Source of the DNA: Candidatus Thorarchaeota archaeon
GTDB taxonomy: Archaea; Asgardarchaeota; Thorarchaeia; Thorarchaeales; Thorarchaeaceae
Direction of reading: 5' to 3'
Assembly (NCBI GenBank): GCA_963726195.1
Contig: CAVSBO010000004.1
Span: forward strand, 64,001-128,000
DNA: 64,000 nucleotides
Part shown: positions 31,702-43,050 of the stretch, one piece after another
Layout: every line of letters starts with the position of its first letter
How positions within the stretch are numbered: the first letter of the stretch is position 1
Position numbers and translations under genes: made by a program
Notes under the pieces: generated by a model
Database searches by the model: none
The model's input: the letters and a program-made list of their open reading frames with translations, nothing else
What the model was told of the DNA's origin: nothing

Positions 31702-32565
31702 ATGGGTGCACTTACTGTGGGCCGCATGACCACTCACAAGATTAGGCAGATGAAGGGCAAGAAGAAGATCGTAATGCTGACCGCTTACGATGCTCCATGT
31801 GCTCGAATCCTGAGCGACAACGGAGTTGACATCATTCTTGTTGGAGACTCTGTCGGCAATTCGTTGCTCGGCTACGAGAGCACGATACCCGTGACCTTGG
31901 ATGACATAATCCACCACTCCGCAGCAGTGGCAAGGGCAAAGCCAAGCTCGCTAATTGTCGGCGACATGCCTTTCATGTCGTACAAAATCAGCGAAGAACA
32001 GGCTCTCGAGAACTGTGCCTTGATGCTTCAAGAAGGCGGAGCTGAGGCCGTCAAAATGGAGGGCAGCGGACGCGTTGCGGACAGAGTTGAGGCAGTTGTG
32101 GAGGCAGGGATTCCCGTCATGGGCCATATTGGTCTCACGCCTCAGTCAATCTACGAGTTCGGAGGATACAGGGTACAAGGGCGGACTTCGGAATCTGCTG
32201 AGATGCTTGTCCAGCAGGCTAGAAGACTTGAAGATGCAGGAGCCTTCTCACTCGTGATTGAACTGGTACCTGATGAAACTGCCAAGATGATCACTGAGGC
32301 CGTCGAAATACCCACAATCGGAATAGGAGCCGGTCCTTATTGTGATGGCCAAGTCTTGGTGCTGTGGGATATGCTGGGCCTGTTTGAGGATTTCAAGCCC
32401 AAATTCGTAAAGAAGTATGCAAACATCAGAGGCGTAATATCTGATGCAGTAAAGCAATATGCCACCGAGGTGCGAGAGGGCGAGTTCCCCGACTCGGAGC
32501 ATAGTTTCGCTATGGAAGAAGAGAACTCCGGTCGACTGTACGGACGTGAAAAGCCCCCTGAGTGA
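31702..32565 (+). CDS. panB: 3-methyl-2-oxobutanoate hydroxymethyltransferase
   Basis: MLTAYD, LVGDS, DMPFMSY, GHIGLTPQ, IGIGAG, DGQVLV. Confidence 0.96.
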   Translation: MGALTVGRMTTHKIRQMKGKKKIVMLTAYDAPCARILSDNGVDIILVGDSVGNSLLGYESTIPVTLDDIIHHSAAVARAKPSSLIVGDMPFMSYKISEEQALENCALMLQEGGAEAVKMEGSGRVADRVEAVVEAGIPVMGHIGLTPQSIYEFGGYRVQGRTSESAEMLVQQARRLEDAGAFSLVIELVPDETAKMITEAVEIPTIGIGAGPYCDGQVLVLWDMLGLFEDFKPKFVKKYANIRGVISDAVKQYATEVREGEFPDSEHSFAMEEENSGRLYGREKPPE

Positions 32566-32585
32566 AGGAGCTCTCCTTAGCCATT

Positions 32586-32825
32586 TCAGGAGTTGGCTAC
32601 TTCATTTAGTGCTTTCAACAAATCGTCGACCGGAATGCCGTGAGCCGCAGCGCCCTGTTCAATTGTCTCGAAACGAGCGACGCCGCAACCAAAGCAATAG
32701 AGTCCCATCTCCATGAAAGTGTTCTGCGTTTGTGGCCACTTCATTGCCACTTCAGAGATCTTCATGTCTTTGGTTATCTTCGGTTTCTCAATCTTTGTTT
32801 TCTGGATTTTTGCCTTTGCAGCCAT
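32586..32825 (-). CDS. DUF1858-domain small protein
   Basis: ITKDMKISEV...GLYCFGC...ETIEQGAAAHG. Confidence 0.85.
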   Translation of the reverse strand: MAAKAKIQKTKIEKPKITKDMKISEVAMKWPQTQNTFMEMGLYCFGCGVARFETIEQGAAAHGIPVDDLLKALNEVANS

Positions 32826-32887
32826 TGTATTTCCACCTTTCATTTAACTATAATTAACTCGTTCATCTGTGCTAATAAGCTTTCACA

Positions 32888-33868
32888 TCAGTGACTTTGT
32901 ACGATGTACCTGCTCCCGACCCCCGAACATGCATAGGCAGCAGGAAAGTTCCGGGCAAGAAGGTGTGTCGCCTGCCAGCCCGTGCAGTGAGCGGGCACAA
33001 TGAGACCTGGGCTCGTCTTTTCCAGATAGCTCACGGTCTGCTGCAATCCCGCTCGCGCGCTCTCACCGACAAGGTGAAACCCACCAAGCACTGCTTCAAC
33101 CCTGTCTACATTGGCCAAGCTCATCGCGTACTGAATCGTATTTGTGAGGCCTGCATGGCAGCACCCAGTCAGTATCACGAGGCCTTTGTTCCGGACGAAG
33201 GCCATCAGACTGGTGTCATCGATGATTGGCTCATCGCTTTCCCATTTGCCATCGACGAATGCCCTGTGGCCAGGGACGCCGCGCTCATAGTCTGCTACTC
33301 GTGGTATCTCCCCGCTTGTTAACAGAGTGTCTCCCGCCAACAGCTCGGGTTGTTTGGCCACGTATGGTCTGCCGCCGGATTCGATTATTGTCTTCTGCTT
33401 TGGAAAGGCTGGCTCGAGCTCCCTGACCTTCTCTCCTTGGTCCGTTTTGGTGAGCTTGCCTCTCTTGAGAAAAGCACGAGGATGAACATAGACTGGTGTA
33501 TGACTGCCACCGATTCTCTTCAGTACCAATAGAAGCCCACCGAAATGATCGTTGTGCCCATGCGACATCACAACCTCGGATGTGTCTCTCAGAGAGATTC
33601 CGAGAGCACTAAGGTTGTGAGCGATGAGTGTGGGAGACGGACCAGCATCATATACGACTTGATGGATTTCATCGTCGACGAAAGTTCTAACCAACATCGA
33701 AAGACCGTGTCCTGCGAATACATCAGTGGGTCTTGCTCGCTTTTCCTTGTCCCACTGCCAGGACTTCTGCACTTCCGGTCTTGAGTCGTCGGGCCCAAGT
33801 TCGACGACATTGTCAACCAGAAATGTAATCTCCACCGAATCGACAGGTCTGAGTTTGGTCATTGTCAT
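32888..33868 (-). CDS. MBL-fold metallo-hydrolase (dihydropteroate-synthase-like archaeal subfamily)
   Basis: LVDN, HGLS, SHGHNDH, TGCCHAG, GGFHL, HCTG. Confidence 0.85.
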   Translation of the reverse strand: MTMTKLRPVDSVEITFLVDNVVELGPDDSRPEVQKSWQWDKEKRARPTDVFAGHGLSMLVRTFVDDEIHQVVYDAGPSPTLIAHNLSALGISLRDTSEVVMSHGHNDHFGGLLLVLKRIGGSHTPVYVHPRAFLKRGKLTKTDQGEKVRELEPAFPKQKTIIESGGRPYVAKQPELLAGDTLLTSGEIPRVADYERGVPGHRAFVDGKWESDEPIIDDTSLMAFVRNKGLVILTGCCHAGLTNTIQYAMSLANVDRVEAVLGGFHLVGESARAGLQQTVSYLEKTSPGLIVPAHCTGWQATHLLARNFPAAYACSGVGSRYIVQSH

Positions 33869-33974
33869 CTTCCCACGGCCAGCCATACTAGGTCTGAGTG
33901 GGTTGCTGTACAATTGAGCCTTTATCTACCTGCCCTGCAAGTCAGATTCGTTACCATGTCAGCCAACCGGGAAT

Positions 33975-35273
33975 TCAGTGTGCGAAGAGGTACCTATCGA
34001 TCTCCCAGTCTGTTACTTTGGCGACACTGGATTTTCCTGCAACCTTGAGATACTCGCGCCACTCTGTACTGCGGGACTTGATAATGCTGGCCACGATTCT
34101 CTCTCCCAGTGCATGCCTGACTGTCTCGTCTTCCTCAAGACAATGCAGTGCCTGAATCAGGGATTCCGGGAGTGATGGTACATCGGCCCCTTTGCTGTAG
34201 AGATCCTCGGAGGTAGGCTCTGGTGGTTCAAGACCGCGTGCTATTCCATCGAGACCGGCCGCCATGATTACCGCAAGAGCAAGGTGCGGACTGCATGAAG
34301 GGTCAGGGCATCTGAACTCAATCCTCGCCTTTGCATCCGAGCCATTGAACTCAGGGATTCTGATCATTACGGTTCTGTTCCTCGGTCCCCAAGCAATGCG
34401 CGTTGGTGCTTCGAACCCCGGTCTGAGTCTCTTGAATGAGTTCACAGTGGGTGCGACAATGGCTGCCAAGGCAGGAGCGTGCTCCATTAGGCCCGCGACG
34501 TAGTGGTAGGCTATCTCAGAGACCGTGCCCGGAGACCCGTTGGCGAAAAGGTTCTTCCCTTCACTATCCCAGAGACTCTGATGAATATGCATTCCACTTC
34601 CGTTCCTGTCAGCGAATGGTTTTGGCATGAAGGTAGCCAAGAGCCCTTTGGAGTATGCAATCTCTGCTATTGCGAGTCTCGCAAGCAGCACACGATCCGC
34701 AATCTCCATTGCTGAGTCAAAGACAAGTCCAATCTCGTGCTGACCTGATGCCACTTCGTGGTGATGTGAAGTCGTGGGGATGCCCAATCCAGTTAGCGCC
34801 GACACCATGTCCCTTCTAAGCTCAAGTCCGCCGTCTGCTGGCTGTGTAGCGTAGTATCCTCCTTGGTCAGCGGGAGAAATGTAACGGTCTTGTGACCTGC
34901 TAACCATGAAGAACTCAATTTCAGGACCTGCTTTCAGAATAAGTCCTCGCTTAGAGCCGTCTTCTATCACCTTCCTGAGGACCTCTCTGGGATCACATGG
35001 GTGTGGAGTTCCCGTGACTTCGTATACACTGCAGAGGTGAATAGCGGCCCTCGTGTCCCACGGCTGGGTTAGGGGTGTACGTGAAACTGGCCGCAGCTGC
35101 AAATCGCTTGAGTTGACATCTGCATATCCTGGGATGGACGAGCCATCAAAGTACACTCCATCTCTGACCACTTCATCAAGCGTATCATAGCGTACCTCAA
35201 CAGAGCGAGTAGCACCGAGTGGAGTAGTGAATAGAAGTCTGAGGAATTCTGGGGTTTCTTTGAGCTGAGTCAT
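33975..35273 (-). CDS. glnA: Type I glutamine synthetase family protein
   Basis: FDGSSI, GPEIEFF, HHEVASGQHE, TFMPKP, NGSGMHIHQS, RIEFR. Confidence 0.85.
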   Translation of the reverse strand: MTQLKETPEFLRLLFTTPLGATRSVEVRYDTLDEVVRDGVYFDGSSIPGYADVNSSDLQLRPVSRTPLTQPWDTRAAIHLCSVYEVTGTPHPCDPREVLRKVIEDGSKRGLILKAGPEIEFFMVSRSQDRYISPADQGGYYATQPADGGLELRRDMVSALTGLGIPTTSHHHEVASGQHEIGLVFDSAMEIADRVLLARLAIAEIAYSKGLLATFMPKPFADRNGSGMHIHQSLWDSEGKNLFANGSPGTVSEIAYHYVAGLMEHAPALAAIVAPTVNSFKRLRPGFEAPTRIAWGPRNRTVMIRIPEFNGSDAKARIEFRCPDPSCSPHLALAVIMAAGLDGIARGLEPPEPTSEDLYSKGADVPSLPESLIQALHCLEEDETVRHALGERIVASIIKSRSTEWREYLKVAGKSSVAKVTDWEIDRYLFAH

Positions 35274-35380
35274 TGCTGCTGCTCACGTCTACGAGTTTCG
35301 CTAGTGTGAACCGCGTGTAGGTATAAGCATTTGCCGCCAAAACACGAAAGTATTTCTGTTTTGTACGGTAGAAAGTGCAC

Positions 35381-35908
35381 ATGGCCGAAAGAGTTTCGGA
35401 ATATGAGCCCGGGATTGGCCCAAGCGAGACCGAACTTGACGAGACGGACATCAGAATACTCCAGTTACTCCAAGAGAACTGCAAAATGAGCATCATGGAA
35501 ATCTCCAAGGAAGTTGACAAGGGAATCTCGACGGTTCATGCAAGAATCAAGGCACTCGAGAACTCCGGAGTAATCAAGAAGTACACGGCCATACTTGATT
35601 CCGCCAAGCTATCCCGGCAGACTCTCGCGTTCGTGCTCATCAGGATAAGATACTACGCTCCCGGACAAGAAGGAATGTTATCCCAAAGAGACTTCTGCAA
35701 GGAGATTGCACAGCATCCGCTCGTGCAGGACGTTCACGTTCTCAGCGGGGAGTACGACGTGCTGCTGAAAATCAGAGCCAAGGACATTAACGAGATCAAT
35801 CACTTTATTGTGGACTTCCTGAGGCACAAGCCTGCTGTGGACAGGACTCTCACGATGTTTGCGATGGACAGTTACCTGGAGTCAACAGAACTCAGAGGTC
35901 TTCGGTGA
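35381..35908 (+). CDS. Lrp/AsnC transcriptional regulator, divergent from glnA
   Basis: LDETDIRILQLLQEN...RIKALENSGVI; SGEYDVLLK. Confidence 0.92.
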   Translation: MAERVSEYEPGIGPSETELDETDIRILQLLQENCKMSIMEISKEVDKGISTVHARIKALENSGVIKKYTAILDSAKLSRQTLAFVLIRIRYYAPGQEGMLSQRDFCKEIAQHPLVQDVHVLSGEYDVLLKIRAKDINEINHFIVDFLRHKPAVDRTLTMFAMDSYLESTELRGLR

Positions 35909-36038
35909 GAACTATACTGATGTGACCATGTCTCAGATGGTAATCTCAGTATCGCACCACATCCGGCCTCGAGGGAGTCCAGATAGATTATTAGCCAAAT
36001 AAGCTGCCAGTTCCCCAAGAAGGAAGTGCACACCTCCA

Positions 36039-36592
36039 ATGACAGGGCAAGTATCTGACGAGGTACTGTACAGAAAGAAGTCTTCTCGCTGGTGGCTGTC
36101 AACGGCAAAGGTCTTTACACACCCGAGGATTTCGGGATGAAACCCTACTCCTCATGCACTGCCTGCTGGAGAGGCTACATGATGTGGTACAAATGCGAGA
36201 ACGACAAGCTCATCCTTGACGGCATGTCGATCAATGTTGACAAGCCGACGAAGGTAAACGGCATCCTACCGAAGCCGACAACGGACATGTTCAAGTTCAT
36301 GTACGAAGGGCTGTCCCTCAAGACGAGATTAAGCGGCTCCATGCTGATTGCCAAGGACTTCATCCAGTCGATGTACGTGCACATGGGATTCCAGAGCCCG
36401 GAGGCTTACAAGACTGTTCTCCAGTTAGAAGTGCAGAACGGAGACATAGTGAAAGAAGACGACCTATCAGCGAAAATGGAAGCGCGGCGAAGAGAGGGTC
36501 CTTTGGGCGCCCAAGCCCCTCGTTCCGGGGAAAAAGGAGACATGATGGAGTGGATTGAGCGTAGGTTCTCTCTTGACCGCGAATCAGGCTAG
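36039..36592 (+). CDS. Conserved hypothetical protein (frameshift ~36078)
   Basis: MTGQVSD start; TACWRGY and YVHMGFQ motifs. Confidence 0.65.
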
Positions 36593-36717
36593 GACTGCCA
36601 ACCTGCTAGTAGAGCGCTGAGCACAGTTTCCGAAGCTGTTAAGTACCACCTCCCCTCGACTGCGCATTGTAACGACCGATTGTTCTGACGGTCGCCTAGG
36701 GGAAAACACGATCAAAG

Positions 36718-37980
36718 ATGAGTCGTCGAGTCTGTTTAGCTGGCGGCGCGGTTACACCCTTTGACTACCCTATGCACCTAGAACCTGAGTCTATGATTGC
36801 GAACTGCATTGTGGAAACTCAGCATGACATCCCGGACTTTCATCTTCGGGACCTGCAGTTCATGGTATATTCTCACTTTTCTGTTCACTTTGGGAAGCAA
36901 CTCGCACCGGAGTGGATTGTGCATGACCATCTGGGTCTAGTGGGTGTGCCGCATTTCCGCATTGAGAACGGAGGTAACACAGGAGGGTCTGCATTGTACG
37001 GCGCCTTCCTTGCGATAAAGTCTGGTCTCTTCGATGTTGTTGGAGTGGCGGGCTGGGAGACCATGGACAACGTCACCCAGTCACAGGGTTCAGAGTTCAT
37101 CGCGCTCGCGTCGGACACTCGATACGAGGCACTAGCGGGCGGCATCTATCCTATCTACTACGCCGCGATGGCTTACAAGTTCATGAAGGAGAATGGTCTC
37201 ACAGAAGAGGACTTTGCACTCGCTGCGATTAAGAACCGGAACAACGCTGTCGACAATGAGAAGTCGCAATGGTACCGAGGCGAGTACCAGCAGTACAAGC
37301 GAGACCTGACCGTGGATGATATCATGAAGAGCAGGCTAATGAGCTATCCACTGAAACGCTATGACTGCTGCCTCATGAGTCGTGGTGGTGCATTCTGCCT
37401 TGTTACGAGCGAGGATTGGGCGAAGAAACATGCAGACGGCAGGTACGTCATAATCGATGGAGCTGGACTGAGTAGCTGCACGATAAGAGCCGGTGACAGA
37501 CTCAACTTCCCAGCATGGACTGAGATGTATGGCGAAGGCTACCCTGACATGACTGAGTTTGCGGCATGCAGGAAGTCGGGCGAGGTGGCCTACGACATGG
37601 CCGGCATCGAATACGACAAGGCATTGAAAGAAATCGACGTCGCAGAGATTCACGACGCGTTCAGCAGCTCTGAGGTTCAAATCTACAAAGCGCTTCACTG
37701 GTGCAACAAGGACAATGTCAGAGAGTTCGTCCGTGGGAAGCGCACGTTCATGGATGGTGATCTGCCTGTAAATCCGGGTGGAGGTCTGATGGGCTACGGG
37801 CATCCTGTGGGCGCCACTGGCATCATGTCTGCAGTAGAATGCTACTATCAGCTCACAGACATGACTCCGAAGAAGCACCGGAGCTCGAAGACCTACGTGA
37901 AGGATGCGAACACTGGCCTGGTCAACAGTCACGCAGGAACCGGAACAAGCATTTCGAACTTCATTCTGAGGAGGCCGTGA
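36718..37980 (+). CDS. SCP2-type thiolase-family protein lacking the N-terminal Cys
   Basis: IENGGNTGG, EIHDAF, NPGGG, GHPVGATG. Confidence 0.88.
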   Translation: MSRRVCLAGGAVTPFDYPMHLEPESMIANCIVETQHDIPDFHLRDLQFMVYSHFSVHFGKQLAPEWIVHDHLGLVGVPHFRIENGGNTGGSALYGAFLAIKSGLFDVVGVAGWETMDNVTQSQGSEFIALASDTRYEALAGGIYPIYYAAMAYKFMKENGLTEEDFALAAIKNRNNAVDNEKSQWYRGEYQQYKRDLTVDDIMKSRLMSYPLKRYDCCLMSRGGAFCLVTSEDWAKKHADGRYVIIDGAGLSSCTIRAGDRLNFPAWTEMYGEGYPDMTEFAACRKSGEVAYDMAGIEYDKALKEIDVAEIHDAFSSSEVQIYKALHWCNKDNVREFVRGKRTFMDGDLPVNPGGGLMGYGHPVGATGIMSAVECYYQLTDMTPKKHRSSKTYVKDANTGLVNSHAGTGTSISNFILRRP

Positions 37981-37983
37981 GAA

Positions 37984-38708
37984 ATGAGCAAGAAGACACA
38001 GAAGACTCCAGAGAAGAAGCCAGCTCCTCGTCCAGAGGCTGCGCCGAAGAAGGCTGTCGACCCACGCATGCACCCTATCCCCTTGAGGGTGGATTATGAC
38101 GAGAAGCATACGAACGACTTCCGCGGAGACGTAAAGGAAGTTGGCTTTCACTTCGCAGGTTACGAATGGTCCTCCAAAGAGGAGCAGCTTCTCATCGATT
38201 TGCATTATGATCAATTGTACTACTGGAAGTATGCGGAACTGTCAAAAATGGGGCGCGGCTTTCTTGACGGGGAATTGTGGGGAACTCAGTGCCCGAAATG
38301 CGGGGACAAGTTCTTTCCACCAAGGGTCAATTGCTGGCGTATCGAGGAAGACCTCCAGCGCACAAATTGGGTCAAGCTGGCACCCAGTGGACGCGTGCAT
38401 ACTTTCACTGTCGCGGGTTGGTCGGGCCGGTCGTCTCTAAAGAGGCTCCCGTTCGTTCTTGCATATGTAGTCGTAGATGATTGCAAGACTGCAATCGCCA
38501 ACGAACTCAGAGGCATCAAGCCTTGGGATGCTGAGTTCAGCATGCCGGTGAAGGTGGTCTGGGCCAAGAAGGAGGACCGACGCGGAGTGATAACCGACTT
38601 TTGGTTCGAACCGGCTGACGGCTGGAAACCCTCTCCGATGAATGCAGAGAAGGAACGAATCAAGGAGCTCTGCGCGCCAGTTTATGAATGGGTGAAGACC
38701 TGAAATAG
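37984..38708 (+). CDS. DUF35 Zn-ribbon/OB-fold protein (true end probably VKTLK* after a 1-base loss)
   Basis: CPKCG.KFFPPRVNC, GRVHTFTV, MPVKVVW; both downstream copies end VKTLK*. Confidence 0.88.
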
Positions 38709-38797
38709 TGGCAGCTTCTATGGAGTTGGAGATTTTGCCACTCTACGCTTTTTCCTATCGAGGCTGACATTACCTGAATCTCATCTCTCTTCGCATG

Positions 38798-39911
38798 CTA
38801 CATATCTAACTGGAATCTGTGCTGGAGTGGTGAGGTGGTATGATGGCAGGTTAATAGAAAGGATTGTGTGTGTGTGGGAAGAACAGATGTTCTCCATGTA
38901 GTTCTGTTGTGCAAGCACGGCGCCTGCGCTATCCGCAAGCAATGGAGTTTGGAATCGACATGACCATAAGAAGCAACGGAAACGCTACGCTTGCAGTGGC
39001 TGCAGATACACTCCTTCTTGAGCACTTGTCTTGACAGAGACGGACAACCAGCACACCAAAGACAAATCCAAAGAACGTCACAGGAAGAAGGCCAATCATA
39101 CTGAGTGGGTAGAGCCGAAAAATCCTGGTAATAGAAGTTGTAGTTGTCTCCGAAAGCGAATGTCCATAACGGCGCAATAATTACATGTTCCACGTAGAAA
39201 ACTTGATGGCCCACAATCCCATCTCCACTGATTGAACTAAACACTGCAATCGGTGCGAACAATGTCACAAGAGTCATCAAGAGCACAATCTGACGGATTG
39301 TGAGGGCACTGAACCATCTGATCGGCTCTTCATTCCCCGCTCGTTCCTCTCAAGGAGGTCACGCAAGAGTCCATATTAAAGCCATTGCCTGCACAACAGA
39401 ACGCGAACAGTGCAGTCTGTGCCGATGGAGCAGACAGGTGGTTACTATGACTGCAAACCTGATGAATTCAGCCGATGCCATCACAGACCTACTAACGATA
39501 TCGAGGAGTGAACAGTAGAACCTAGACCATGAATGATTGCAGCTATTATGACCTGACACGCCGTTTCACCAGCCAAAGAGTGTGGACCCAGGCAGCAGTA
39601 GAGTTTTTCGTTATGTTAACGCTCTTCAGCACAGTGTGGTAGTCGTTTCTACGCACGACTGAGTCCATGGGATGCATCCTGATGCGGAGATTCACGTGGC
39701 AATCATTCGCCTGCACGAGGAGATAGGGTCTCGGCTTCTGTATGGGCAGAGGAGTCAGTCCTAGTAGTGTGTTGAGAGGAAAACAGCCTCTTTCCAGTGT
39801 GCTTTCCTTGAGGAAGAGTGTCTCGAGCAACAGATTGATGGTAGAAGCCACCACTCTCAGCGACTTCTCACATCCTAGAAGAGAATAGACAGTGCTCCCA
39901 TAGTCAGCCAA
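38798..39911 (-). CDS. Two or more small hydrophobic membrane-protein genes, fragmented by indels
   Basis: Hydrophobic ORF fragments 38798-39286, 39359-39559 and 39546-39911. Confidence 0.4.
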
Positions 39912-39914
39912 TTC

Positions 39915-41588
39915 CTATTTCTCGGGGCGTCCTAGAGATCTAATACCAATCTGGAATATCAATAGGCCCGACAATGTCAGGGGAAGACTGCCAAACAGAA
40001 AGAACGCATAGCTGGGGTCCGTTCCAAGCCAACCTGAACTAATCACTGCGACTGGCAGTCCTAGCGAAAACACCATCACAACTACGAGGGCCGAGATTAT
40101 GTTTAGCTTGTACATGGAGGAATGTTGGTCCTCGTATGTAGGGTTTATGGCTGTAACTCCAATCCCCGTGAGAGTAGACCCCCACACCAGCAACAGAGCT
40201 TGGCCAAAGATGGTTAGGCTAAGGGGAATGCTGAGTCCTAATAACCAGGTTGCCACGGCAGGCAAAACTGCGAGCGGCAAGGACAAGATAACCATCGCCA
40301 TCAGACGTGCATGAACTAGCTTATCCGATCCTCTTGGCGTAGTCTTGAAAACCCAGAGATGGTTCCTGCTCTCAAGGAAGCCCGTGCCACTAAATGATGC
40401 AACAGCGACAGTCGGGTATACCATGGTTACTGCCATCACCGCAAGGAGGAATATGACTCTAGGAATCAGCGACATGGTTTGGCTGTCCAGCCCACCCATA
40501 CTAGTGACAACAATCTGTACCACAAACCCGGGGATGGTCCCCAGGACAAGCGCGTAACAGTATCTGACAATGTTTGCGGTCTTCCGAAAGAAGTCCTTCA
40601 TTGCAACAACCACAAGTGCACCGGTTGGCCACCCGAAGACACGCCTAATACCGCGAAAGAATCTGTTCTCTTTGCGGACAGTCCTCACGATTTCGGTTCG
40701 GGCACCCAGGTCAAAAGTGAACACTCTATCTGCCGCCAGTGCTCCAGCCACAAGAGACAACAATGCAAAGGCCAACATGAGTACAGCACATCCCTGCGCG
40801 CTAGAGACAAGTACTGACTCAAATGCTTCTAGCTGCGCTGGTGAGAGCAATACCCCACTAAACAGCAGAACACTCCAAGTAACCAAATCCGCTCCCCAAG
40901 TGAAAGGCAGGAAGATTACCAGCTCGCTCTTCATCGACTGGTTCAGCAAATCAGGCAAGTATAGAAACAATATCACGGGCACTATCAGAATCAAAGCAGT
41001 CAGAACGCTAATCACCTTGGCGATGGCATCCCCGCGAGAGGATTGTGCCAGCCTCCCTCGAACTGTCGATGCCAGTATGTCTGATATCCAGAGTGCCGGG
41101 AACGTCGTGACGAGAACGCTCGCGTATATCGCAAGCACCCCTTCCCACTGTACCTGAAAGGTCGATATGACCGGTGAGATTAGGAGAGGTGACAGGCCCA
41201 TGACAAGGAAGAAATAGACAGGAACCTTGCCCAGCCATTGGCCAAAGAGTATGCTACGTGTGCTTGTGCCAGTGCTGAGGAGTATCTCACATTGTGCTAT
41301 CTTCATTTCCTGAACTGCTTTCGATATAGGGAATGCAAAGAACAGTAGCCACAACATCATAGTCACAGCCCTGACCATTGAGGACGGGTCGCTTGCGATG
41401 AGAATACTAAGGGCGGGCAGGAATTGACCGAATACGATGTCCAGCAGCCTAAAGGCGATCGTAGAGACCCATATGATGACGCCCAGCAGAAGTCCGATAA
41501 GGGCACTCTTTCGTGCTCTTCTGATTCTCTCTGTCGAGAGTAGGAACTCAACTTTCGCAATGGCTAGCCATTCCCTAGGCATACTCAC
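39915..41588 (-). CDS. ABC exporter permease (duplicated ABC-2-like, ~12 TM)
   Basis: Multi-TM; AIAKVEF and VAMKDF repeat starts; adjacent to the ATPase. Confidence 0.8.
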   Translation of the reverse strand: MSMPREWLAIAKVEFLLSTERIRRARKSALIGLLLGVIIWVSTIAFRLLDIVFGQFLPALSILIASDPSSMVRAVTMMLWLLFFAFPISKAVQEMKIAQCEILLSTGTSTRSILFGQWLGKVPVYFFLVMGLSPLLISPVISTFQVQWEGVLAIYASVLVTTFPALWISDILASTVRGRLAQSSRGDAIAKVISVLTALILIVPVILFLYLPDLLNQSMKSELVIFLPFTWGADLVTWSVLLFSGVLLSPAQLEAFESVLVSSAQGCAVLMLAFALLSLVAGALAADRVFTFDLGARTEIVRTVRKENRFFRGIRRVFGWPTGALVVVAMKDFFRKTANIVRYCYALVLGTIPGFVVQIVVTSMGGLDSQTMSLIPRVIFLLAVMAVTMVYPTVAVASFSGTGFLESRNHLWVFKTTPRGSDKLVHARLMAMVILSLPLAVLPAVATWLLGLSIPLSLTIFGQALLLVWGSTLTGIGVTAINPTYEDQHSSMYKLNIISALVVVMVFSLGLPVAVISSGWLGTDPSYAFFLFGSLPLTLSGLLIFQIGIRSLGRPEK

Positions 41589-42338
41589 GTCCTCCAGTCG
41601 AGTAGACGCTCTCTTGGAACCTCGCCGCCAACTATCTTCATGTAAGCCCCTTCCAGACTCGTAGAACTGGTCTTGTCAACTATGTCTTGGGGTGACCCAA
41701 ACGCTATCAGGCGCCCGTTGACGAGTATTCCCAAAATCAGAGACCTCGGCCAGGTCCGTCATGTGAGTACATATGAAGAATGTCGTCTTCGTTTCTTCCG
41801 ACAGAACGCGGATCATGTCCTTGACCAGAATGCTGGCCGCAGGATCCAAATGCGATGTGGGCTCATCAAGAAATACTAGGGAGGGTTCATGTATCAATGC
41901 AGAGGCTACGAGGACCTTCTGCTTCATGCCGGCGCTGTAGGACTCCATCTGGTCATCTTCTCTTCCAGTTAGACCCAGTAAATCAAGCATCGTATCGATG
42001 CGTTTCATCAGAGCACCGTGATCCATATTGCGTAGTGCTCCAAGGAACTCCAGAAACTCGACTGCCGAAAGCTTGGAATAGAGACCAGGTGTTTCAGGGA
42101 GGAAGCCCGTAGCCCTCTTGATCTCGTTTCGCTGCGAGTGGATGTCGAAACCGCACACGGTAGCGCTCCCTTGAGTGGGTCTTAGGAACCCCACAAGTAT
42201 GCGAACAGTTGTTGTCTTTCCAGCCCCATTAGGGCCCAAGAATGCGAATCGACTTCCCTTCGGAATGTCGAGGTCCAGGCCTGCTAACGCCTCAATCTTC
42301 CCGTAATTCTTTGTCAACTTCCTAGTTGTTATTTCCAT
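41585..42338 (-). CDS. ABC transporter ATP-binding protein (3' indels)
   Basis: GPNGAGKTT, YSAGMKQK, FLDEPT, CTH. Confidence 0.9.
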
Positions 42339-42369
42339 TATCTCCCGTTCCCAAAGCGTAGAGGCCGAT

Positions 42370-42740
42370 TCAGTCTGTATGAAAGTAGTAGAAGGCTGAC
42401 CCCCAAGCAATCGCAAGAGCGACAATCCATAGGGCGAACAACGCGACGGCCGCATTCACCGCGAGCACACCGTATCCTATGTAGGCGGCCATCCACGGCA
42501 TCGCAAACAGGAGGAAAATGAATGCATTCCGGGAGCCTAAGACAAAGAGTTGCATGCTCCGTTCATCCTTCCTCGAGTCTATCTGGCGCGCCACAAAATA
42601 AGAAGAATCACTGCCACAGTTGCAGACGCTACTATGAGCAGATGGAACGCTTGATCCGGGACGGCAATCATCAAGGATACAATGAACACGACAGCAATTA
42701 CTAAAAACGCCGCGTTTGCCAGTATATCCCTACGCTCCAT
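42370..42740 (-). CDS. Small membrane protein (DUF2178-like; frameshift ~42590)
   Basis: TM pair, KDERS motif, TM pair; follows the XRE gene. Confidence 0.55.
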
Positions 42741-42965
42741 GACTCTTCCCCCATAGTTGAAAATCTCCTCGATAGATATCTCGAACTCGGCTGCTAATCG
42801 GAATGCGAGTTCCAAGGATGGGTTGTACGTGCCCCGCTCTACAGCTATTATCGTTTGGCGAGTGACGCCCACCCTTTTTGCGAGAGCCTCTTGAGTCCAA
42901 ATCCCTGAATTGTCGTCTTCGTTCATGCGCTTTTCCCTCAGTTCCTTGACACGGTTGACAATCAT
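42741..42965 (-). CDS. XRE-family HTH regulator (3' end uncertain)
   Basis: TQEALAKRVGVTRQTIIAVERGTYNPSLELAFRLA. Confidence 0.9.
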
Positions 42966-42986
42966 CCTGATCACGCAGGCCGAGAT

Positions 42987-43018
42987 GTAAAGTATACTAT
43001 ACGTAAAGCAAACTTTAC
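42987..43018. promoter_or_regulatory. Tandem 16-bp palindromic operator GTAAAG-N4-CT(A/T)TAC x2
   Basis: gtaaagtatactatac and gtaaagcaaactttac back to back, ~20 bp upstream of the XRE start. Confidence 0.75.
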
Positions 43019-43050
43019 ATAAGTGCTTTGCGGTGACGGGCCGCGGCAGC

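Noticed and set aside
37336-38214. Long antisense ORFs (also 23204-23782, 40570-41157, 12105-12632)
   Set aside because: They are shadows of well-supported genes on the opposite strand.
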